A stretch of 63,334 nt of DNA, counting the filler. It is 22 parts of 22 records of this genome, joined end to end, with 100 filler letters (N's around TTAATTAATTAA, not from the genome) between each part and the next. Parts side by side here need not be neighbours in the genome. Positions count along the whole stretch, not along the records: positions 12,610 to 15,510 come from SRR16133337_105984; positions 15,611 to 17,788 come from SRR16133337_106056; positions 17,889 to 22,309 come from SRR16133337_106064; positions 22,410 to 24,782 come from SRR16133337_106142; 18 more parts are not named here. One strand, written 5' to 3'. The notes under the pieces are model-generated. The model searched no databases. It was given only the letters and a program-made list of their open reading frames with translations, and was not told the origin of the DNA. Below are positions 13,737 to 24,216 of the stretch, one piece after another. Each line of letters opens with the position of its first letter. Within the stretch, counting starts at the first letter, position 1. The translations under genes were made by a program, and so were the position numbers.

Positions 13737-15610
13737 CTAATATAAACACACACAGAGATAAAAAATATATTGTTACACAAAATTTGTGTGTGTGTGTGTG
13801 GGCAGGGAGGGTGTGGGCAGGGAGTGTGGGGTAGGGGTAATTATATAAGGAGCTATCTTTTTTACATTTCCCGAGATGAGAAAATAAACAGGTCCTACTT
13901 TATTATGATGCCCAGAACAAATTTTTAGTCACATGAAAAAGTTTGTTTGGGCACTTAGGTGTTTTACACACATCTCCAGTATGTTATTCAGGTTTTATTC
14001 AAATTTCAAACCCATACATTATATTCTGGTTACGAGGCCTTCGAACTGAAAAAATTGTGAAACAATTTATAATACATTGTGTTGTGTTTAATTTAACATT
14101 TTCTAACAAATTTTATGTTTTCCGTTGAATATTGATTTGAAATAAAATCTGATTTTTTTTCTTGCACCCCTACAAAGTCCGAAAACAAGCAGAGCGCACA
14201 CACGCCGTGTACAACGCGATTCACCGCAAAAGTCCGAAAAGTGAAACCAACCCACTTCTTCCAAGAACAAGTCAAGAATAAGGTTTGTACGGCGTTTAAT
14301 GGTGTCATTTTAACCTCTTTTCAGCGTTCCTTCTTTCTTTCGTGAAATGGTTTGGTGTGACTCCAACCACCAACCTGGAATTCACCTGTGTATGAAATGT
14401 TCTTTGAAAATGACACTAGTTTGAAAAATTTTGAAAAAAATATTCCCGAGCGGGATTGGCTGCCACCTGTTAAAGGCTAGCGTGTTTAATTCCACACCAT
14501 ACTGTGCATAGTTTACTAGATTTCAAATTAAAGATGCATTAACATTAACTCCCAACCTAATGGTTTTCTAAGAATTTTCTTGGAATCCAAATTTGAATTG
14601 GAATTTGGAATCCAGCATCATGAATTCCAGCAAAAGTACAAACAGGCAATACAAAATAATGAAACCTCCCCAATAATTTTTGATATATATTTCATATTTA
14701 TTCAATGTGTTTTTGACAAATGTATTTCCATCAGGCATTTGTTATTTTACAAAATCAATCTGTTTATACTGATGATAAATTTGATTTCTTAGAACGGTAC
14801 AATGTCAATCGCACCATCTCAGAGAGTGAATGAGTATTTCAACAAACTCCCAGAACTTTTTGGTGTCGAAATTCCAGAAACGTATGACAAAACATGGCTC
14901 ACAAAACTATCTGAAAAAGAAAGAAGTACATGGGGCAGATCATTGTTCAATCTTCCATGTGACAAAACTCAATTTGATGAAAAACTACTCGCGTTTTATA
15001 TCCCAACAATTGATCAAACGTTCGAAAAACAGCCAATTGCTCTCAGTAACCCAGATGAATATTGTAGTAAGTACTTCTACCAAATACTTTTTGAGCATCA
15101 AAACCTTTTTACATGCATTGTCATGCGTTTTATAAGTACAACATTTTCCTGAAATTTCGATTTGCAGAATTTTCCTTTTTTTCAAAAGAATTTCTAATAT
15201 GATAATTTTGATGTTTCGAAAACACATCTTTTTGAAAGAACAACGCAGAAAAAATACATTGTTGAACTTCATTATTAATGAAGCAAATCTACAATGTATG
15301 TCAATTATATGCATTTAGCTAACAAAAATGCCAAATTATGTTCTATTAATCAGAAAGTTACATACAGTATGGTGAATTCAAAACAAAAAGCAATCTCCAA
15401 AAATATCCGAATGCAGTGGAAACAAAGCTATCTCCAAAAATTGTTTTTTTAAACGAATCAAGTCTTGTATGATGTTCAAAATATATAAAAAACATACGCA
15501 TATCTCACCANNNNNNNNNNNNNNNNNNNNNNNNNNNNNNNNNNNNNNNNNNNNTTAATTAATTAANNNNNNNNNNNNNNNNNNNNNNNNNNNNNNNNNN
15601 NNNNNNNNNN

Positions 15611-15645
15611 AATTCAACAATTCAACAATTCCACATTTTTACCTA
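15611..15645 (+). repeat. CAATTCAA-type 8-bp repeat element at a bacterial contig end
   Basis: AATTCAACAATTCAACAATTCCACATTTTTACCTA; near-identical reverse complement at 22275-22302. Confidence 0.75.
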
Positions 15646-15730
15646 CAGCCTAGATCTGTACTTAAAGAGGAAGCCTTAGAATCTACCAAAATAAAGTGGC
15701 TAAATTTTCCAAAAAAGGAATTGGATTGAG

Positions 15731-15738
15731 TATATTTG
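15731..15738 (+). promoter_or_regulatory. Bacteroidota -7 promoter element of pyrR-pyrB
   Basis: TATATTTG matches TAnnTTTG, about 30 bp upstream of the ATG at 15768. Confidence 0.6.
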
Positions 15739-15767
15739 TTATCCAAAAAGAAGCTTTGGCAATTGAT

Positions 15768-16310
15768 ATGAGTAACAAAATACTACTAAACTCTAAAGAA
15801 ATTGAAATCCTATTACATCGATTGGCATGTCAGCTAATTGAAAATCATGGAGACTTTTCAGACACAGTTCTCTTGGGTATTCAGCCCAGAGGAACTTTTT
15901 TAGCACAAAGATTAGCCACCCTTTTAAAAGAAGAATATAAAATAGAAAATATTCAATTGGGAATGTTAGACATTACTTTCTACAGAGATGATTTTAGAAG
16001 AAGGGAAGCTCCTTTGGAAGCCAATACTACGCATATCGATTTTCTCATTGAAGATAAAAAAGTGGTTCTTATTGATGATGTTTTGTATTCTGGAAGAAGT
16101 ATCAATGCCGCTTTAGTTGCTGTGCAATCCTATGGAAGACCCAAGTATATTGAACTTTTAGTCTTGATAGACAGACGTTTTAGCCGCCATTTACCCATTC
16201 AACCCAATTATCGAGGCAGACAAGTAGATGTAATCAATAATGAAAGGGTTTCTGTACATTGGAAAGAAAATGATCCTAAAGACACGGTTTATTTAACAAC
16301 GGACAATTAA
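15768..16310 (+). CDS. pyrR: Bifunctional pyr operon regulator / uracil phosphoribosyltransferase
   Basis: LDITFYRDD, VVLIDDVLYSGRS PRPP loop and LIDRRFSRHLPIQP; lies upstream of pyrB. The ATG at 15768 is preferred over the GTG at 15696. Confidence 0.95.
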   Translation: MSNKILLNSKEIEILLHRLACQLIENHGDFSDTVLLGIQPRGTFLAQRLATLLKEEYKIENIQLGMLDITFYRDDFRRREAPLEANTTHIDFLIEDKKVVLIDDVLYSGRSINAALVAVQSYGRPKYIELLVLIDRRFSRHLPIQPNYRGRQVDVINNERVSVHWKENDPKDTVYLTTDN

Positions 16311-16314
16311 ACAA

Positions 16315-17244
16315 ATGAAAGTACTAAGTGTCAATAATTTACTTGGAATAAAACATCTAAACCAAAATGATTTGGAACTCATTTTTGAGACGACAGATCA
16401 TTTTAAAGAGGTCATCAACCGACCTATAAAAAAAGTACCTTCTTTAAGAGATATTACCATTGCAAATTTATTTTTTGAAAACAGCACACGTACAAAATTG
16501 TCTTTTGAATTGGCGGAAAAAAGACTTTCTGCAGATATCATTAACTTTTCAGCAACACAGTCTTCTATTAAAAAAGGGGAAACACTGATAGACACCGTCA
16601 ACAATATTTTATCGATGAAGGTGGATCTTATTGTGATGCGACATCCCGATATAGGGGCTAGTTCGTTTTTATCGCAACATGTTGATGCCAAAATTATCAA
16701 TGCTGGTGACGGAACTCACGAACATCCTACACAAGCTTTGCTGGATTCGTATTCTATTCGTGAAAAATTAGGAGATGTTGCGGGTAAAAAGATAGTGATT
16801 ATTGGAGATATCTTACATTCTCGTGTAGCCTTATCCAATATCTTTGCCTTAAAATTACAAGGTGCTGAAGTTAAGGTTTGTGGCCCTATGACTTTAATCC
16901 CAAAACATATTGAAAGTTTGGGTGTAAAAGTGGAAACGAACCTCAAAAAAGCTTTAGAATGGTGTACTATTGCCAACGTACTAAGAGTTCAACATGAACG
17001 TATGGACATGAAATACTTCCCTTCTATTCGAGAATACACACAATTATTTGGAATCAACAAAGAGATTTTAAATTCTTTGAATAAAGAAATTGTCATCATG
17101 CATCCTGGACCGATCAATAGGGGGGTAGAAATTACAAGTGATGTTGCCGATTCTGATCAATCCATAATATTAAATCAAGTGGAAAATGGTGTCGCTGTAA
17201 GAATGGCGTGTATCTATTTATTGGCACAACAGATAAAAAGATAG
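16315..17244 (+). CDS. pyrB: Aspartate carbamoyltransferase catalytic subunit
   Basis: FFENSTRT, NAGDGTHEHPTQALLD and MHPGPINRGVEI motifs. Confidence 0.98.
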   Translation: MKVLSVNNLLGIKHLNQNDLELIFETTDHFKEVINRPIKKVPSLRDITIANLFFENSTRTKLSFELAEKRLSADIINFSATQSSIKKGETLIDTVNNILSMKVDLIVMRHPDIGASSFLSQHVDAKIINAGDGTHEHPTQALLDSYSIREKLGDVAGKKIVIIGDILHSRVALSNIFALKLQGAEVKVCGPMTLIPKHIESLGVKVETNLKKALEWCTIANVLRVQHERMDMKYFPSIREYTQLFGINKEILNSLNKEIVIMHPGPINRGVEITSDVADSDQSIILNQVENGVAVRMACIYLLAQQIKR

Positions 17245-17386
17245 GCATAAAAATTCGGTTTTTTAACCAGGCGAGGTATAATAGGCTAAATTCTCTGAAA
17301 AAGGAGTTGGATGAGGTATATTGTTCCATTGAAAATAGCAAAAAGAGAAAATTTATGAATCCTAATTTATAAATCTAAAATTACAA

Positions 17387-17716
17387 ATGCACATACATAA
17401 AACAGAGGGATATACTTTACTAAAACCTACCGAAATAAACTTTAAAACTTTTTTTAAAGCACTCGAAATAAATCACCTTAAAAAAGAACATGTTTTCATC
17501 GATTTACGGCAGACTTTCAAAGTTTCAAATGACGATGTGGGACAACTCTCTGAAATTTCAAAAAATAAAAAAGAAAACGGAACTTCATTTATTCTTATAG
17601 TTGATTCCATAGAAATTGACAAAATAGAAGATGAGAATTTATGTATTGTTCCAACACTTGTAGAGGCGATAGATTTTTTGAGGATGGAGGCAGTGGAACG
17701 TAATTTGGGATTTTAA
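17387..17716 (+). CDS. Conserved Flavobacteriaceae hypothetical protein (small, STAS-like)
   Basis: 109 aa ending VPTLVEAIDFLRMEAVERNLGF. Resembles the small gene that typically follows pyrB in Flavobacteriaceae (from recall, not searched). Confidence 0.7.
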   Translation: MHIHKTEGYTLLKPTEINFKTFFKALEINHLKKEHVFIDLRQTFKVSNDDVGQLSEISKNKKENGTSFILIVDSIEIDKIEDENLCIVPTLVEAIDFLRMEAVERNLGF

Positions 17717-17730
17717 AACTTTTATCTATT

Positions 17731-17770
17731 TGTCATTGCAGTCTTGCAGATGGTGATACAGTGATACGGT
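17731..17770 (+). repeat. GTCTTGCA / GGTGATAC 8-bp repeat element
   Basis: TGTCATTGCAGTCTTGCAGATGGTGATACAGTGATACGGT; related to copies at 17889, 60133 and 63141. Confidence 0.6.
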
Positions 17771-17888
17771 ATTCTATGACTTAAACAANNNNNNNNNNNN
17801 NNNNNNNNNNNNNNNNNNNNNNNNNNNNNNNNTTAATTAATTAANNNNNNNNNNNNNNNNNNNNNNNNNNNNNNNNNNNNNNNNNNNN

Positions 17889-17919
17889 CACGGTTTCACC
17901 GCTTCACCGCTTCACCGCA
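17889..17919 (-). repeat. GGTGAAGC 8-bp tandem repeat overlapping the czcA stop codon
   Basis: The minus strand reads TGCGGTGAAGCGGTGAAGCGGTGAAACCGTG. Confidence 0.8.
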
Positions 17920-20900
17920 TAGAAAATAGTCTAACTGTATCTTACTTTCTAAATACGCTTGCAGTACTTTCCAGGTATTGATTTCTAATTGAATCGCCTC
18001 TTTTATATGTAGAAGAAACGTGCTATAATCTAGTCTCCCTTCTTTATAGGCTAAAAGAGTACCATTACGCTGTTCTTTAGCCAATGAAAGTACGGAATCT
18101 TTATGATACTCCCAACTCTTTTGCAAGTACTCATACTTGGCTAACAGGGTGTAAAACGTACTTTTTAATTGGGCTTGCTTCACTTTATTTTCTTGTTCTA
18201 TAATACGGGTGTTTATTTTTGAAGCTTTGGATTTTCCTTTTATTTGATTAAAAATTAAGGGAATTTGAAAACCTGCTTGATAACTGTGAAACCCTGTTTT
18301 ACTTCCCATTTTTTGAAACCCATATTGAACCCCTATTTTTGGCAGAAATTTGGAATTTACAACTTTTTGTTGTGCGTTGGCAACCTCTAATTGAGATTGC
18401 CAATAGGCCAACAGCGGATGGTTTTTCAAATTTTCTTCTGAAATGAACAAGGGGCTCTCCAATACCTCCATCGGTAAGGAAGAAACCTCAAAAAAATCAG
18501 AACTTAGCCACCATTGATTCAACGTTTGTAATGCCACTTGATATGCTACATAAGATTGTTCTTTTTGCAAATAAATCTCTTTTCCTTGATTTATAGCTAC
18601 TTTATATTCTAACTTTGAAATTGTTTCGGTTTCAAAACGCAGCTCAAGAGTCTTGTTTACTCCTGAAAAAACGGAATCCATCTTGACATAAGATTGATAC
18701 AATTGTTTTGCCACATACGCTTTTACCCAAGCGGTTTGTACTTTGCGTTTGAGATCTAAAATCGTCAATTCAACATGGGTTTCCGCCAATTGGATCTTCT
18801 TAGTTACCAAGTTCTTTTTAGAAACAATTCCAAAAATATCCATCTTGTTTTGTCCGATTCCATAGGTAATGATTGCCTCGTTGTGATTTCCAATCTCTTC
18901 ACCAGAAGTAAAAACCTGTGTCGTCCCAAAATCCCAAGCAGTCGTTTTTAAGGTCTTTTCCTTTTCTACCGAAAGCATGGCCACTTTTAAAGAAGGATAA
19001 TTTTCCGTTGCGAGTGCAACCGCTTCTTCCATCGTAATTGTTGACGGTTGTGCCTGCGAGATTCCAAAAGTCGACAAAAGGAGTAATGTCAAAATTGCGA
19101 CCGTAGGTTGTTTCCTTATTCTTTTTTGTGCTCCATTTTCAATCCATTTGTATAAAATTGGAATTACGAATAGTGTTAGGAGTGTAGATGTTAACAATCC
19201 TCCAATAACAACGGTTGCTAAGGGCTGTTGTACCTCAGCACCTGATGATGTTGATAAGGCCATGGGTAAAAAACCCAATAGATCTGTCAAAGCAGTTAAT
19301 AGGATAGGGCGAATTCTTCTTCGGGTTCCTAATCGAATTCGTTGCTCGACATCCGTAACTCCTTCCTCTTTAAGTTCATTAAATCCGCTGATCAATACCA
19401 ATCCATTTAATACCGCTACTCCAAAAAGAACAATAAATCCAATACCTGCCGAAATACTAAAAGGCATTTCACGGAGTAGCAAGGAGAAAACTCCCCCTAT
19501 AGTGGCTAAGGGAATTGCTATATAAATTAGCATCGTTTGTTGGAAGGACTTTAAGGCAAAAAAGATCAAGATAAAAATCAATCCCAATACGATAGGAACC
19601 ACTATTTTTAGTTTGCTTGTGGCACGTTCTAAATTTTCAAAAGCCCCTCCATACCTGATATAATATCCTGGGGGCAAGGTCATATGAGTTTCTATTTTCT
19701 GTTGAATTTCTTCTACCAAAGATTTGAGATCTCTCCCCCTAACATTGATCCCAACATACACACGTCTGTTGGTATTGTCATGACTTATTTGCATGGGTCC
19801 CGACTTGTAATTTATGGTGGCTACCTCCTTTAACGGAATTTGCATACCACCGGGCAAGGTCACAAACAGATTTTTAACATTCTCTAAATCTTGACGGAAC
19901 TCTTCTTTTAAACGAACCACCAAATCAAACCGTTTTTCACCTTCAAAAATAGTACCCGCTACGCCGCCTGCAAAAGCAGTTTCAATGAGTTTGTTCAGTT
20001 CATTTATCTGCAAACCGTATTGTGCCAATTTGTTTCGATGGTAGTGAATGGTAATTTGTGGTTGCCCTGAAATGGCTTCCACTTTCATATCTGCAACACC
20101 GTCTACAGTAGCAATAATTTTCCCCATTTCTTCGGCCTTTTGAGCAAGTACGGTCAAATCCTCACCATACAATTTTACGGCAACATCTTCACGTACCCCT
20201 GTAATTAGCTCATTAAAACGCATTTCAATAGGCTGTGTAAATTCATAATTTACCCCTGGAATCTGTTCCACCTTTTCTTTTATTTTAGCAATCAGTTCTT
20301 CTTTAGAAGTTGCGTTTGTCCATTCAGCAATCGGTTTTAAAATCACAAAAACATCCGCCATATCCATCGGCATAGGATCTGTTGGTACATCGGCAACTCC
20401 TATCCTACTGATAATCGCTTCTACTTCCTGAAAATTTTGTTTTACAATTTTTTCAATTTTTGTAGTGGTTGCAATTGTTTCAGAAAGCGAACTTCCTGGT
20501 TTTAAGATCGCATGAAATGCCAAATCACCTTCCTCTAACTGTGGCATAAATTCCCCTCCCATTTTTGTAAATACATAGATTGCAATTCCAAGTAACAGCA
20601 CTGACAGAAAAACGATCTGTTTTCCATTTTTCAGGGCTTTTACCAACCCCTTTTCGTATTTATTTTCTAGTCCCTGTACAATTTTATCGCCCCAATATTT
20701 TTTTTCCGTTTTGGGAACTTTTAAAAACAACGAGGTAATCATGGGAACATAAGTCAAACAAAGTACCATCGCCCCTATCATCGCAAAACTAAAGGTCAAT
20801 GCCATCGGAATAAACATTTTGCCTTCTATTCCTTCTAAAGCTAAAATAGGTAAGAACACCATCAGAATTATTAATTGTCCAAAAAAAGCGGTATTCATCA

Positions 20901-22233
20901 TTTTTGAAGAGGCTTTGTAAGTGATTTTTTCTCTTGTTTTTTGGGTAATAACTCCTCCTTTTTTTATTTTTTGATAGGTCAAGAAAACCGTACTTTCTAC
21001 AATAATGACAGCGCCATCAACAAGAATTCCAAAATCAATTGCCCCTAAACTCATTAGATTTGCCCATACATCAAAAATGTTCATCAAGAGAAATGCAAAG
21101 AGTAAGGACAAGGGAATTGTAGAGGCTACAATCAAACCTCCACGCCAGTTTCCCAAAAAAAACACCAAAATAAAAATAACAATAAGAGCTCCTTCCATCA
21201 AGTTATTCCTTACGGTAGAAGTAGTACTCGCAATTAATTTACTTCTGTCTAAAAAGGGTTTTATTGTAATTCCTTCAGGCAACGATTTTTGAATTTCGTG
21301 CATTCTTTGGGTCACTTTTTCTATCACGGCTTTGCTATTGGCTCCCTTCAACATTAAAATCATTCCTCCAACAGCTTCTCCTTCCCCATTCTTCGTCAAA
21401 GCACCATAACGTGTGGCTTTTCCAAATTGTACAGAAGCAATATCTTTAAGGGTGATAGGAATTCCTGCTTTGTTGGTAACGACAATAGCACTGAGATCTT
21501 CTAAGGTACGTGCCAAACCTTCTCCACGTATAAAATGGGCTTGATGATTTTTTTCTATATACGCACCTCCTGTATTTTGATTGTTGTTTTCTAAGGCTTT
21601 GTACACCTCATTGATGGTCAAACCCATAGCATTTAACTCATTGGGATCTATGGTGACTTCGTATTGTTTTATATTTCCACCAAAAGCATTTACTTCTACA
21701 ACCCCTGGAACCATGGCCATTTGACGACGAATTACCCAATCTTGAAGAGTGCGTAATTCTGTTGTATCGTATTTATTTTTAAATTCAGGAGCAACTTCTA
21801 AAGTATATTGATAGATTTCACCCAATCCTGTAGAAATAGGGCCCATAAAAGGTTCTCCAAAACCTTCGGGAATCTTTGATTTGATTTCATTTAGTTTTTC
21901 AGAGACCAATTGTCTTGGTAAATAGGGATCTAAATCTTCTCTAAAAACAAGGGTTACTACAGAAAGACCAAATCGAGAAATGGAACGAATTTCGGTGACT
22001 CCTGATAAATTTGCCATCGCAATTTCTACGGGATAGGTAATAAATTGTTCTATATCTTCGGTTCCTAAATTCGGAGCTTGTGTAATAATCTGTACTTGAT
22101 TGTTTGTAATGTCTGGAACGGCGTCTACAGGTACTTGTTGAATGCTATAGATTCCTCCAACAATCAAAGCGAAAGTAAATAAGGCAATAACAAGTTTGTT
22201 ATGGATTGAAAACTCAATTAGTTTATAAATCAT
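17896..22233 (-). CDS. czcA: CusA/CzcA-family heavy-metal RND efflux transporter fused to a C-terminal TolC-like outer-membrane domain
   Basis: DAVPDITNNQVQ, NLMSLGAIDFG, GVAVLNG and RIRPILLTA motifs in the first ~1035 aa, then a hydrophobic linker and a ~390-aa OEP-like domain. Confidence 0.93.
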   Translation of the reverse strand: MIYKLIEFSIHNKLVIALFTFALIVGGIYSIQQVPVDAVPDITNNQVQIITQAPNLGTEDIEQFITYPVEIAMANLSGVTEIRSISRFGLSVVTLVFREDLDPYLPRQLVSEKLNEIKSKIPEGFGEPFMGPISTGLGEIYQYTLEVAPEFKNKYDTTELRTLQDWVIRRQMAMVPGVVEVNAFGGNIKQYEVTIDPNELNAMGLTINEVYKALENNNQNTGGAYIEKNHQAHFIRGEGLARTLEDLSAIVVTNKAGIPITLKDIASVQFGKATRYGALTKNGEGEAVGGMILMLKGANSKAVIEKVTQRMHEIQKSLPEGITIKPFLDRSKLIASTTSTVRNNLMEGALIVIFILVFFLGNWRGGLIVASTIPLSLLFAFLLMNIFDVWANLMSLGAIDFGILVDGAVIIVESTVFLTYQKIKKGGVITQKTREKITYKASSKMMNTAFFGQLIILMVFLPILALEGIEGKMFIPMALTFSFAMIGAMVLCLTYVPMITSLFLKVPKTEKKYWGDKIVQGLENKYEKGLVKALKNGKQIVFLSVLLLGIAIYVFTKMGGEFMPQLEEGDLAFHAILKPGSSLSETIATTTKIEKIVKQNFQEVEAIISRIGVADVPTDPMPMDMADVFVILKPIAEWTNATSKEELIAKIKEKVEQIPGVNYEFTQPIEMRFNELITGVREDVAVKLYGEDLTVLAQKAEEMGKIIATVDGVADMKVEAISGQPQITIHYHRNKLAQYGLQINELNKLIETAFAGGVAGTIFEGEKRFDLVVRLKEEFRQDLENVKNLFVTLPGGMQIPLKEVATINYKSGPMQISHDNTNRRVYVGINVRGRDLKSLVEEIQQKIETHMTLPPGYYIRYGGAFENLERATSKLKIVVPIVLGLIFILIFFALKSFQQTMLIYIAIPLATIGGVFSLLLREMPFSISAGIGFIVLFGVAVLNGLVLISGFNELKEEGVTDVEQRIRLGTRRRIRPILLTALTDLLGFLPMALSTSSGAEVQQPLATVVIGGLLTSTLLTLFVIPILYKWIENGAQKRIRKQPTVAILTLLLLSTFGISQAQPSTITMEEAVALATENYPSLKVAMLSVEKEKTLKTTAWDFGTTQVFTSGEEIGNHNEAIITYGIGQNKMDIFGIVSKKNLVTKKIQLAETHVELTILDLKRKVQTAWVKAYVAKQLYQSYVKMDSVFSGVNKTLELRFETETISKLEYKVAINQGKEIYLQKEQSYVAYQVALQTLNQWWLSSDFFEVSSLPMEVLESPLFISEENLKNHPLLAYWQSQLEVANAQQKVVNSKFLPKIGVQYGFQKMGSKTGFHSYQAGFQIPLIFNQIKGKSKASKINTRIIEQENKVKQAQLKSTFYTLLAKYEYLQKSWEYHKDSVLSLAKEQRNGTLLAYKEGRLDYSTFLLHIKEAIQLEINTWKVLQAYLESKIQLDYFLCGEAVKR

Positions 22234-22274
22234 TTAAAAAAGTTTAAAAGTCAAAAAGGCTATAAGCTATAGGC

Positions 22275-22302
22275 TAGGCAAAAATGTGGAATTGTTGAAT
22301 TG
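22275..22302 (-). repeat. Second copy of the CAATTCAA repeat element
   Basis: Reverse complement CAATTCAACAATTCCACATTTTTGCCTA; 27/28 identical to 15618-15645. Confidence 0.75.
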
Positions 22303-23732
22303 TGAAAAGNNNNNNNNNNNNNNNNNNNNNNNNNNNNNNNNNNNNNNNNNNNNTTAATTAATTAANNNNNNNNNNNNNNNNNNNNNNNNNNNNNNNNNNN
22401 NNNNNNNNNTTGAAAATGCGGGAAAATGTGAAAACTTTATCATGTTTCAGACATGTGAATCCACTGAAACTCCAAACAAAAAATTCCAATTATCTTTTCG
22501 CTCATTTGTTTTTTGTTCTCTCCATTTTTTTAGCAAGTACAAGTTCTCCACAGTCAAATAGCCCCTCATAGCGCGGCAGCGCAACAAGTCGTAGCTGAGA
22601 CGCATATGTTGCAAACGCATAATACTAGTAGCCCACAACTTGCTGCCGGGGCCATCAATCCGAACACTTCTCTTCAAATTTTTCAGCCCACTGATAAGCG
22701 TCAAGTAAAAGTAGACCAAATGAAGAGAGTTCATCTTGACGTAATCGGAAATAACGAACGTAAACATAGTGTCCCTGGTAAGTACTGTGTAATCTCACTC
22801 CACAACCACACCAAAGTCTTTATTTGTGGTGGCCCGCCCCTGCACATCTTTTTAAAATGTCTTTTGAATGGCGCAAGAATGTCTGGAACTTCACAAATTC
22901 CTAGACTGAGAACGTGTTGGGGAAAAAAATCAAAAATCAAAAATTGTTTTCCGTATGCACTGTGAATCGAGAAATGAGAAGAATGTCTTTGAATGACGCG
23001 TAATTTGAACTGATTTTGGTTAAATGACACCAAAAACGATTTTTGGCATCCACAAATGTTCAGACTGAAAACGTGTCGAGAGGGTGAAAAATAAAATGGG
23101 TATTTGTATTTCAATGCACATGGCGAATCGAAAAACGAAATGTATCATTTGATATATATTTTTCCCTTGTCGGTTCCATGAAGAAAATATCTTTTCGTGT
23201 GCGAGGCGTGTAGAAACTATTTCGATGAATTATGTACTTTTGTTAGACATAAACGATTCTAACTTTCGGGATCAAAACGGAGGGGTTGTGAGAATGATCG
23301 ACCTTAACGAAGCCAAATATAATGAATTTATTGCAGGTACGCTAGGGTGTAGCGATACAATTTTCTAAAATATTAAAATTTGCACGGCTCTTTTTTTTGA
23401 ATCCACTAGATGTTCTTGTAAATTAAAAGGGTGGAAATCGGGAAATATCAACACGAAAAAATATTCGTTTGTTTTTGAGTTTGTGAACACGGGATGTTGT
23501 ATATTTAGGGATGTTTTTAATTATCAAGACAATTAATGCATGTATTTTATTTTTTGGGTATTAACATAGGTGTGCGAGAGATCTACGTGTTCCGTAACAT
23601 TATCCTGTCAAAATGTGATTTACATATCCTGGTGCCTACTACGGCAGGTGATCCCTCTCGCCCCATAACCACACTAGTTTTATCGATTTTATTTTTTCTA
23701 AAAAAAATCGTTTGTTTGTTTCTCTTTTTAGA

Positions 23733-24216
23733 GGTTGCTTATAGGGACGAAGTTTTCAGTGGTCGCCACGAGCGTTCACTTTTCAACTCAGATGGTTTCC
23801 CGTTCAACAAAGCAGAAGAGCAGTCTGAAGTAGATTATCTGAGACAGCAGGTTGAAGCAATGCGTTACGAGAATCATAAACTTGCCGCAAAGTTACAAAT
23901 GTGTGAAACTCCACAATATAAGATCCAGATTGAGCGTCAGTTATTAGCAGATTTCTTGTCGCGTGATGATGTTAATTCTGTAGAAAATGGCATCCAAAAG
24001 GCACGTTTTTCCCTAGATGATATCCAGAAGAAGCATGAAGCCATAAAACAGCGAAATATTTGTAAAATTTGTCGCCGTGAATATGTTTCACATGTTTTGC
24101 TTCAGTGCGGCCACGTTGTGTGTTCTGAATGTTCAGAAGATATCACAAAAGGTGCATGTTGTCTTATCTGTAACACAGTTGTTAAGACTAAGATTCAAAT
24201 GCGAAGAGATAAATAG
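23733..24216 (+). CDS. Terminal exon of a coiled-coil plus C3HC4 RING finger protein (eukaryotic, E3-like)
   Basis: CKIC...LQCGHVVCSEC...CLIC at the C-terminus. The exon follows a T-rich AG acceptor; the upstream part of the track ORF looks intronic. Confidence 0.8.

Noticed and set aside
17387-17716. Ribonuclease Z call for the small gene after pyrB
   Set aside because: Only 109 aa and no HxHxDH metallo-beta-lactamase motif.
19148-21292. Plus-strand ORFs inside czcA, and similar antisense ORFs in pyrB, the symporter, galT and the NrtR gene
   Set aside because: Antisense shadows of well-supported genes.
15611-22309. Horizontal transfer of bacterial genes into a eukaryote, or linkage of pyrRB with czcA
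   Set aside because: Every bacterial segment is bounded by artificial spacers, so adjacency carries no information.
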